Below are positions 41,301-53,300 of a stretch of DNA of 64,000 nucleotides, piece after piece. The stretch covers positions 64,728,001-64,792,000 of the forward strand of contig OZ260666.1 of the NCBI GenBank assembly GCA_965285935.1, given 5' to 3'. A program made the position numbers and the translations under genes. The stretch is from Ophelia neglecta. Lineage: Eukaryota. A model generated the notes under the pieces. It saw only the letters and a program-made list of their open reading frames with translations, was not told where the DNA came from and made no database searches. Within the stretch, counting starts at the first letter, position 1. Every line of letters begins with the position of its first letter.

Positions 41301-44300
41301 CAGAAATCAATATGCATGGTCCTAATGTTTTTTTTGTAGTTTTAGCAGTAAGAACCACTATCAGAGTAGTATACCACAGTGGTATATTGTCTGCACGTGA
41401 GCCAGATGATCAGCTGGTCATGAGTTCATATCCCGATGTTCGGGTTGGGCTTTTTATAAACTACATTTCCATGTACATTTGTATCCTTCTTCCTGCGTAT
41501 TTTTTAGTTGTTGAACGCAAAGCAGCACTCCATCGTGGTATTCTTTGATCCAATGAGTGCCTCTGGACCGACTGTTGAATGGCCAATATATATATATATA
41601 TATAGCTTTAGCTAACTTAAAGGCTTTGTAGTGTACGAGAAAACGAATCTATTACTAATGGTTGGGCCTACTGCAACACCATATGAGATGAGATGCGAAA
41701 TACTGCCATTGTTCCTTGGGGGAAAAAAAGAGAAAAGTTGAGGTGTGAAAGCTTTGAAATGTGACCCTGTGTGCAATGCCTGTCAGAGAAGATGAAGTCA
41801 TCTGCCAATTTATTTCAAGTTTCTGCCTCCAAAATGTTTGTTTTTGTTTTATTGCCTTTCTCTGTGTGACGCGTTTCTCTTGAAGCTTAATTGTTAACGA
41901 ACGGCTCCCTGGCTGGCAGCCGTGATCCCAAGCCAATTACTTAACTCCTTGTGTCGCTCATCTCCTTTAATCGATCGCTGATTGACAGCCATTGATATAT
42001 TTCGTCGTAAAACAGTAGGCCTAAACTTGTCCTCCATTGACAAGAGCACTTTGTTCTTATATACTCAAACAATTACTCTCCTGTTATCGGCGAATGCAAC
42101 CGGACACCAACTGACTGGCTTTCCGATGTTTGCTGTCCCCGACCGAGGTACCATTCAATATAATTTTGTCGTATTGAGATGAGGGTGGGTTGAAAAGGGG
42201 CTTTTAAGAAATAAACTAATTGAGGCTTATCCGAATGCTGCTTAGTCTCCTATAATAGTGGTTTTGTTTATACGCATGCGCTCATTCTAAAGTCATCTTT
42301 CGACATGATACCATTTTGTAAAAAATTGTTCATCAAATGAACTAGGGCACATACGATTTGACATTCATTCAGGAAAACTTATTATTCAGTTGCTTGAAGG
42401 GAGTTTCTTATTATTGAGCACTAGGCGGATGTCACAAGCAAAGATATCAATGAGCTTGGACCATACGAAGAGATTCAAGATCTTCGATATCACCAATATC
42501 GTATTTCAAAGAAAACACACACCATTCTAACTCACCCCGAACTTTAAGTCGGTTATAAACCAGAATAATCTTCGTGTTAAACGATATGGTGTCTATCGCA
42601 CTCTCGGTAGGAAACGTACCTAATTTATGTATACTGCCTCTATGCTGGCAATTGTGCATTCTGTTTACGCATATTATATATTCCGTGGCATATATAAAAA
42701 ATAAATGAGCAGTTGTTTACCACTCCATACGGGCATGTCGATATTAATTTGTGCTGTGTTTTATCCGAAAGAAATCTCTATTCATCATTTTCAATTAAAT
42801 TTGCCTAGAAGATTGTTTCATATATAGTAATCATGTTCCAGATTTGTCTTTGCTGTCACCCCGCAAGGCATCCCGCAAGCCAACATACACCTGTTTCCGC
42901 CCAACAATAGACAACAATATAATTAGAGCAGGCAACACGTTTTTTTTGGTAAAAGATATCAAGGAAAAGAGAGTCTGCTGGGAGTCTGTCTCTCTTTGAG
43001 AAATCGAACAGTGCCACCACTTCAATTTATTATTTATAAAACCAGAATGGTTCTGTCCGTAGTTGACATTGTCTTGTTATTAGGTCATACACTACCGACG
43101 AGTTTCTCGATGTGAAGAAGAAAATGGCAGATCCTGACGATGCCGATGAATGAATCCTATTTTTATCCCCATTGGGATGCACGTGCACCTCTTGACTTTC
43201 TATGGGCATGAAAACAGTCTCCATTACATTGTTTGCGTCAGCACATATGTATCATAGATCGTTTAAAGCTTATTCTTTTATTGTAGGGGCCTTTTTCATT
43301 GTTGAAGGGAACCCAGGGGCCGTATAAACATTTTAAGGCTTTTCTTGTTGCGAAGAGGTTTGTACTGTCACGTTGATATAAAACTAAACCGTCGCTAGTA
43401 ATTATATTTGTGCTTTACTATATTCTTTGAGATACAGCGAAGAATCTGTTGGTCAACGCTGTTGCGTTAACGACTTTCTTATATTTACTGGGTTGAACAT
43501 TACCGCGGTCCTTAGGGTTTAGGAGTAATCAACCTAGGCTAATGTAGCTGCTGCGTCCCCGAATCCCCTGATAATTGCGGCCTGTGGATTGGGAATTACC
43601 TGTCCAGCCACATGCAGGTCATTTTCATAAATACACACGCACAAGTTTCTGCATACATACATACATACATACACGCACACACACACAAACACCTTCACAC
43701 TCGCACACACATATAACCATAAATCATAATCTTGGTTGATTCAGTTAGGTCACGTTGTCCATCTCGTTATCCAACACTTAACACTCATAGCAAAAGGCAA
43801 AACTTTTCATCGCGCTTTTTACTTTTGTATTATAATTGGAAATTTTGAACCGATATTTTCGTTAGAGTGATACATGTATTTCATAAGTAAAAGTGGTTTG
43901 TTGCCAGGTCACTACACTATATGGTAAAAAAAGAATGCTTTGAATCCTTAATTTAAAAGAGATAAATTATATAATTTAGTATGGTCCATCGCAACTCATA
44001 ATGGCCTTCTTTATAGACGTTTCACCACCTGTGCAATTCATCGAATATATTAAATTGACACTGTAGGTGATCGATGTCTTTGTAATATAGATATACCTAA
44101 TATGATAATCATTCTTTTCAGATTGAAATAAGTACACCAGTCTGGTTCGTGGAATAAAATCATCACGAAATTTGTCGGTGAAACCTATATACTGAGGGAA
44201 ACTAGGAAACTAGGAGCTAACTGTGTAAGTACTTAATTTGTTTTTAACCCTAACAACAATTATCCCTTTTTCCAATGTATAAGTAGTATGTGTGCCGATA

Positions 44301-47300
44301 TCATAAACTTATGTTCAACTTAGGTGAGTTGAAACCGGCTACCTCATCTATAGAAGATTTCGGTCAAACCGACTACCGGTCTGTTTCCACCTGGGATTTC
44401 TCTACCATATTAACTACACTTCTGCGAGATAATTTGAAGTTGCGTCCGAAAGAGCTCATAAAACACATTTCTTAAAACAGGATACCGTTTGATAAATATA
44501 TGCAATAGAATATCTTAATTTATGTCGAGGTTACCACATATGGAGTGCACACCAGTTTGTTCCTCATCGATAAACTTTTTTGTCCAAGTGGGTAGTGTGA
44601 AGTTTCGCCAAACCATTGGTATTCCAATGGAGACAAACTGAGCTCCTTAGGGTGCAGTTGTGCATATATACACTCATGATTTTATTACTAGTTTGTTGAG
44701 GGGTGATTATTAGTGCATAGCCGGGATTTCTTCTTCTCCATTTAAATGTATAGATGATTCTGTTCTATTTAATAACCAATAATTCAGGAAATATCTTATT
44801 GACATTTATCCTCCATTTTTAGAACTTAACGACACTACCGACAGCCCCGATTGTTCATATTTGGATATTTTCTCCTTTAAAACCAAATAACCTCGCAGTC
44901 GATTTTTAAATAAACCTCCCCTTTTCCGATAGCAATATTCCTGTTTCCGCAGCATAGGAGCGTATTTTTCGAGACTTGTGGTCTTCGACAGAGCTTGTGT
45001 TTTTCAGTCTGATTGTAGCGGAGCCTTAGTGTCAAATTTGCTGACCTCGGGTTACGAAACTGCAGATTGAAACGGGCATTTTTCAATAATTTTGAACATT
45101 CCACCAATTCATAATATAATATCTCTAGCATTGCGTTCTTAAAGAATCCGATTACGGATTTTATCAGGCTCGGAGAGAGTCACAATACGGTCGATGACAC
45201 GATGACACTTCATCAGACTGCTTGCTATTGTTTTAACACCTACGCAGTCAAAGACTACAGTGCCTTTAGTGATCAGTTCCACTCATCCTAGTTCTAGGGG
45301 CCATGTATATCTGCTCCATACTGAGCAAAATATCCTATGTTCCCGATGCACATGTTCAGTCACAGCAAACGCGTCACTGGTTCTATTTGCACAAGTAAAA
45401 TGTAACTATCGAGGAGATTTAATGCTATTTTCCTGTTCAGTTTTCAGGAACCTTTGCCACTCCTCTTTGGTGTACTGTTTACTGGCGCACTTTTGTCTAG
45501 TATCTAAACAGTATAAGAGGGCTGACACCTCCATAGCCTCTCTTGGAGCCTATATTATGTCGGTCGTACGTTGACCACTGGCCTGTTTGTTTCGGATCTC
45601 AATCGGAACATGGAAACCTGATGACAACTTCTTATTGCAAGTGATATTAAGTGTTTGTTTCTGGTTGTTTTATTTTGTCACATGTTTATTTGTCGTTTGG
45701 GAGCTGGAAATTGGTATACAGTGAAATCTTGCCTTAAAGACCACCTCTATATTCAGACCATCAGTCCATTGAGACCACACATCTAAAGACCGTACTGTAC
45801 ACTTTAAATGTAAAAAAAAACCTGTCTAAACAGACCACCTCCATATTCAGACCAATACTTTGCAATCCCTTGGGTGGTCTCAATTTACAGGTTTTACTAT
45901 ATTGATGTGTGTGGTGCTGCGGCTGCTGTCTCCTTATGTTTTCTGTTTGAGTATTTTAGGTCAATATCAATTCCAGTTTTCATTTGTCATTGTTTTGCAA
46001 AGAAACTCAGGTTCTAATTTGGTATGTCTCAGTTCGACTTGCATTGTGGTTTTTGTTCATCGTTAAACCTATTCATATTCTCTGTCGTGAACTTATTGCT
46101 ATTTTTCAGTCATTTTAAACGATGTACGTCTTGTTCTTGGAAGAAATGGAGCTTACAAAAAGCATTAATTTACATGGAATATGTCGAATGGTTTGATTAT
46201 TTCACCTGGCAACGAATAACGTTGAAATGCTTTAAACAGTATATGGTCTAGTTCACGTAGGATTAAGTATAAATATCTGTAAATCAATATCAATTGTAAC
46301 TATTTCAGCAGGAAAGATAAACATGTCCTTTACCTTGTATAGCATCATTGCTCGATTACAAGTAATGAAACTTGATCAACTCTTGAGTTGATAACACTGA
46401 AAATATCGATTCTCCTAGAGATTCGGCGCTGATACTCAGTTGAACTCGCTCAATTGTTCTTACATTCGATTGAATCGAAAGTGTAATTTGTATTCGGACG
46501 GACTATTGGCAATAATGCTTCTTCAACAATTCGTTGACTGTTTAATTGTTTTTATACAAAAAAAACTGGCTAATGTTCCCAATATAATATGGAAGACTTG
46601 TTTCAAATCGTTGACACACGTCCTTTCTTACTATGCATACTTCATTCCCACGTGTGAGTATGTTGTTGTTTTTTGTAAGAACATTGTCGGGTTCCGTGGG
46701 TGTTTCTGCCTAGACAAGATAAGCCACCATGCCCTGTAGTATTATTATGGGTATCAGGTATCGACATGTTTGCGTTTTATTGAGATGTATTAAGGGAATT
46801 TGATATCCAGTGTGCAAAATATTGCCTGCATAATTCCAAGCGAAACGAATATTTATGGGGAAAAATATCCTGCCAAAAAATATCCCGGCGATGCAATATT
46901 CATGCGAAAGATAAGCCCAAACAAAGATACATGCCCATAAATGAAAATAGATTAGTAGGGTAAACATTACCAATGTTATGATAAACCCTCAGCCTAGTCA
47001 ACAATGTCCCAGTATTGTTTGTCGACTAAACAACGTTTGGGAGTTATCGTGCTTAAAATGGAGCGCAAATCGAAAAAATGAAGCGCCCCGTATGCATTGA
47101 TTAGACATATGTGCCGTGTTGTGAAACTGCGTCAACTTTGATATGAATAATACGCACCTAATAATATTATTGATCATTGACAGTCAATAGAAAGAGGTGA
47201 ATTTTATGGAATAAAGCTCACGAGTTCCTGCTAAAATGACGTCCATTAAACGAGGAACTGGAAAACTTGTAACGAGTAAACATTTTTAATACTAAATGTA

Positions 47301-50300
47301 CATTACAATAGTGTGATTGCTGTATCAATAGATCAAATAAGCAATAGTCTATTGCCTATTTACCTATGGTTCTTGAAAGAAAAAGAGCTTTTTTGCATGG
47401 TATACACTATATTTCTGTTGCACTGTAGATGAGGCAGCAAACCATCTCCTTTTTGCCAATATAATGTATAACGCCTTTCGTACTTTGTTTTAATGGACTT
47501 ACAATATAAATTGCCACAGAGTAATTAGGTTTTGGAGATAACGTTCAAGTGGGACTCGCGGGCGCCATACCAATTTGATGATCATTCAAATGAGGTTAGC
47601 AGACCTCTGGGGATAGCCTGCAGAAACGACTTCACAGAAAAGTTGTAACGTGACTACAACACTAAAACCAACTAACAAAGACCACGAAACTGATCCTCTG
47701 TCCTTCGAGGAGGGATGAAGGTCACCAAGGTATTATGAGCTTACAACGGGACGTTTATTCGTGGCTTTCCTTTAAGTGCCATCATAATCAGTTTGTTATA
47801 CAATAGCTTTAAATGCCGCTTTGAACTCTATTCTTTTTCTTGGTCTCTGACCAATAGAAAGTTAAGATCCGGAGACGCTTCGCATTAGGTGATTTTATTA
47901 AGGCCAAAGCAGCATGAAAATAAGACGGCATTTGTGAAAGGGATTTTGAAGATATCTTGAGACGCATTTAATGCCCTCTCATCCGTATTGTACAACCTTT
48001 GGTCTAACTCTAAAAATGATTATCACAATATATAAGCCACATTGTCAATCATTTTGTGCAGCTGAGAATTAATTTATGGTCATAGTGAAATATGCCTGCA
48101 TCTTATTATTTGAAAACAGGACGAGGCGAGTTTTTGAGTATACATGATATTGTAGTATACAAAGGGGTTCCCAACGTAACAAACTGGGACCATAAACCAT
48201 ACGCAAATCCGGGAGGTAGCATTTCAAATAAACACTAACCAAAGGTGTTTTACTATCCTATCGTTATGAATGATCCCCAATACAATGCCTACCTGGGTAA
48301 TTTTGTTCGTTATTAGTTATAGGTGAAATAAGGTGTATAATAAATGGTTGCTTTTGGAAGTAGCAACCTTGGTTATTAGTCTTTTCCACAATGGTTTTAT
48401 ACTAACTTCCCCTCCTCCAATTAAGAATTAAAGGCCCAGTGACAATGTTAAATGATATGAGGCCAATTCAACAAGTTAATAGTGTCAGAAATCAAAGGGA
48501 GGCAACGACTTCAGGTATATGTTTGATGTTTATTTATATTCGCTGGAAGGACAGTGGAATAACAATGGGCGATGGAGGGCGATGAAAGGCGGTGGAGGGC
48601 AGTGAAATGGGGTTAAGGGCGATGGAATACGTTGGAAGGCGGTGGAGCACAATAGAAAGCGGTTGAGGGCAATTGAAGACGGTAGCGGGCGATCGAAGGC
48701 GGTGAAGCGCGATGGAAGGCGATTGAAGGCGAAGGAAGACGGTGGTGGGCGACGGAAGGCCGTGGTGGGCGATGGAAGGCGGTGGATGGCTATGGAATGG
48801 AGCGGAGGGCGATGGAAGGCGGTGGGGCACGATGCAAGGCGATGGAGGGCGATGGAAGGCGGTGGGACACGATGAAAGGCGATGGAAGGCGATAGCATGC
48901 GATGGTGGGTGAAGGAAAGCGGCGGAGCAAGATCCAATGCGGAGCATGGCGATGTAAGGATGTGGAAGGCTTTGGAAGGCGTTGGAGAGCAATGGATTAA
49001 AATGCTGGTAATTGGAATTGAGAGGTGTAGAATGGGGCAGTGCCTGTGATAGCCTACTGATTATTTTAAAGAGATTAACCAGGCATTCAAAGGTTAACCA
49101 TTAATGCCAGGGTGAAAAGAACATTTGACAAAAAGATGTATAGCCTCATACCGCAAAACCTGAACTGTAAATAGCAATATAGCACTCATAATACGTCAGT
49201 CATTAAAGATCACTTAGACACATTGATCAACAAATGTTTGTGTTCATTACATATATACCATCATACAATAAGGACAGGTGGCTAAGAAACCCAAGAATGA
49301 AAGATAATCAGGGATAATTGGGAATATCTGCTTCTCACGGAATAAGTGCCGTTATGTAAACTTTTGCTTTGATAGTCATTTCTGTTACTTGGAATGAGAA
49401 CATATGTTATTTCCTGTGTGTCTTGTTTCATGTCACGTTTCATGCAAAAGCATGCAATTTGTTTATATTACGTTTGGTCAACTCAAAAGGTAGGTAAATC
49501 AAAATCAGATGATTGACGGGATTAATAATCCTGTTTATGTCTTTAAGTTAGGAATTATCAGAACTAGCTGATATTAGCAAACTGTGTAAGGAAGTGCCTC
49601 CAGGCTAAGGACAACCCGCGTAAAGGTTAATGAACACATCATATGCATGATCAGTTTCTGATAACATAAGCAACTCAGCATCAACATCGAAAGCTTCATT
49701 ACAGATGTCATTACAGCATGGGAGGTGTGGCAACACAGATAAGAGAGTTGTTGATTAAATCCGGAAGTCGCCAAGTCCTTTTGATAATTGGGCTTATTTC
49801 CTGGTTTTATGGATGATTACGTTCGGAGTGCCCTGGCCGTCCTAAGAGTTCGCAGTCAGTGCAGCCGAGTCCAAGAGTATGTCTCAAGGCAGACAATTTC
49901 GGTGGACCAGTCCCCTCAAGTGTCTTCTATCCGTCTATTGATCGGACGAAATCAATATAATGAAGTCTTTACCAAGCCAGCAAAGTACGCTTTGATCAAG
50001 AGTCAACTAATTAGAATATGCCACAACTGAAAGCAGCATCCATGGTAAGTGCTCGGCATTTTTGGCAAAAACTATGTGGTGAAATTAAGGTGACGAGTGA
50101 CAAAAGACTAAGTAGGTCAGTGCTGCCTGTCATTGGACGTGCAATAATATTGAGAATTGTTGTAATTTTCTCCGCTTTTGCGACGTTCACACATGTGATA
50201 AACCAGTGTGCAGGATCCATTTTACATTGGCCAAATAGGAACAGAAGAATTGCTACAGAGTAGATAAAATGCGCGAAAAACTATATTAAAGAGACAACGA

Positions 50301-53300
50301 ATTATTATTGAGATCAAGATTACCGATAAGTTAGCCTTTTTGGAAACCGGCACCATTAATATGATTCCTTTTCACACCAAAGTATTTATCATCACAAATG
50401 TCGACATTAGAAAAATCGATGAAATAGGAAACATTTTCATAGACTCTGTTATTATGTATTTTATCCTAGGAGATTTAAAATACTGCTGGTCCTGAAAGTT
50501 CGATCCTCATACTTCCAACCTACCCCATAAGATGTTAGAACCCAACCCCAACCTTACAGTCGGGCGTGCTGGTTCACTCCTATACCCCACCTTTTTAATT
50601 AAAAATGTTTGTTTTCAAAATATATTGCCATCATGTAGGATAGGTGTAACCGTGGTGATTTCCTGCCTTTTATTATCTTCAGCCGTAACGGTAATAATTC
50701 GCAAGCAATTGAGTTCTATGGTTTTCATGCTATATTGATAATCCCAGCACACACATGGGGGAAGGGGGGGGGGCATGCGTTTCTAAGCGCCTTGTTATAT
50801 AAGATACTTAGCCGTATTGACGTGCCTTACTTCAAGTATAGCAACTTTATGCGATGATAAATGATCGTTTTTAATTTTCTTTACGATGTGCGCACATTAT
50901 TCCCGGCATATGCGCTTATAAACCTTCTCGTTCTGCTTAACACAATATGCTTACAAAAAAAACATCAATTCTTAAGACTCATGAAAATGAAAGGCAAAGA
51001 GGAAATTTTTGGAAAATACTCCATCATCAGTGTAGCAATCAATGCCTAAAATATGTGTCAAGAGCCTGTGTGTACAATTGGCTTTATTTCCAGATACTAT
51101 TAATCGCAAAGTTGCTGGGGTTTTAAACATACTGACCTTCCACAAACTGCTAGGCGAAATCAATTCAAGTTTTGTTATAATTATCGCCTTTTCTGTTTCT
51201 TTGATAAAAAACACAATCATAGTTATCGCTTTGTCCCCTGAGTATCCACACCCGTTTCTTTAGCTTTTTTTAGCTGAATTTGACTGAGGGCAACTATTCT
51301 CATGGTCTATAAAACGATAAACTCTGGCGTTACTTGGAACTAATATGGTTCAATTACGGAATCACTTCCACATCTATTATATAAAGCGAGGAGCGCGTTA
51401 AGTGAATAATCATCCCTGTGATTATCAGGCCCTACAACAGCAAAGGCCCATTTGTCAGAAGAACACTAACAATTAGTATCATATTGGCTCTGTCGTTACA
51501 GTCGAGAGGAAAAAAGTTAAACCTACTTGTCAACCAGGTAGGGAATTGCCCTACTTTGGTAGTAATTCCACCCTAAGTGTACCTTGGGTCGTGTTCGATT
51601 TACATCTCAAGACAACGCGATTAGGATTCATGGCGCATGCTCTGGAGTGTGTTTAAAAAGTCAAGGTAGAAAAAAAAACTGTCTTTGTTCATATCATGGG
51701 TTCATACGCTGCAAGCCGATGCAACTCTAATAGCCCCCCCCCCCCCCCTCAGAAACAGGCGAACGCGCTCTTGACCTACTTACAGCGACACGTATTGTCA
51801 ATGTAGCCGTTTTATTTGTTTCGATTTGGAACTCGGGTTGGCTAGAGTTGTAAATCGAACACGACCAGTTACATCGCGAAAGAAAGAACAATGGCCACAT
51901 ACACGTACCCAAGTGCTTACAGGTCGAAACGTGATCATTCAATTGAACATCAGTATGCTAGGATTGGGTTCTTTAAATGAAGTTGCTAGATACTTTTATA
52001 TGTACTCGGTGTTTACTCACGAATATAAAGCGTGCAGTGATTAGGTCCATTATTAATTAAATTGTACAGGACGCGTAAATAATTTGATGACCCCATTTGC
52101 AATCTGGTGTTTATAACACGTGACCCTGATTTCAACGCTGGCCTCCTTTTATCTATTTGTTATTGATGGTGGTAAAGAGAATAACATTTAGATTACCTAA
52201 ACAAAGAAGATAGTCGGAATACATTGCTCAGGGATACACTTTATAATAGGAAAGCGTGCGTATTTTTTAAGTTATAATTAGAGTCAGCACTCGATATTTG
52301 TATTTACAGGCAATGCTGAAGCTAAGACAATATTTAGAAACAGAAACGCTACAAAAGAAGATAAATATGAACATATACGCAATGTACGCCATGTATTTAT
52401 ATAAAGTAGTGTCTGTCTGGCATGATGGAAACAGCACAGGCCATAATGTTTAAAACAAGACTTGCTCAACTAGACTCGTCACTTCTGGCCCAAGCATTTT
52501 ATTTTTACCATATGGGTGAGAGGAAACATCGATACCGAGAGTGGGATTCTATTTCTGCGGTAACGTGGAAGGTGAAGATAACCTTTTAAAAGTGGAGAAA
52601 AGAATCATTTCGAGAAGCTTTGTTCAGTGTGGTTCTGTATAATATTTTATTCAATTTTCCATTTTATGCTCTTTTCCTAAGCCCACTGCTGAATTGTAAT
52701 GACCTTTTAAAAAAGAGATATTAGGTGACATTTGCTCATTATTAAATGGTAATGCTTCTTTAAGACTAATCTTTGGAACGTATCAGGTTTTCATGCAATT
52801 GATAACTTGTGAACTGAAACTTCAATTTGAACACCGCGACGGTATAGCGACGTACCTTAAAGCACCTTGGAAAAAATTGGTAGTAACCTGTTATAGCTAA
52901 AGGTTAAAAGTTTTGCCGGGCAATGTTTCGAGACTGAATTAGTGAACATAATGATACACTTTTTTTATTATAAGGATCTTGGGTTGAACATTCAAAGCCA
53001 TTCCAACAGAAAGAAGAGCATATCGGACATAACACGGTACTATGGAAACATCAATCGTGTCTGGAATAATTTTGGGTTGCTTTAGCAGATGTATTTATTC
53101 AATCGAAACGAAGGCAAAAAAACCTGCTCATTCATGGACAGTCAAACTAATCTATTATCAAAAGGCATTATAGACTCAAATTCGCTACAAATGTAACGGA
53201 TCTAGCTCGGCTCGTGACGCGTATTGGCAAATTAACATGATGGCTTCAGTGGTCTCGTTGCAACAAGTAATTGAACGATATAAATTGTACCATCAATGCA

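Noticed and set aside
48530-48992. 135-152 aa Pro/His/Ser-rich ORFs
   Set aside because: Translations of a 21-bp minisatellite that is open in several frames.
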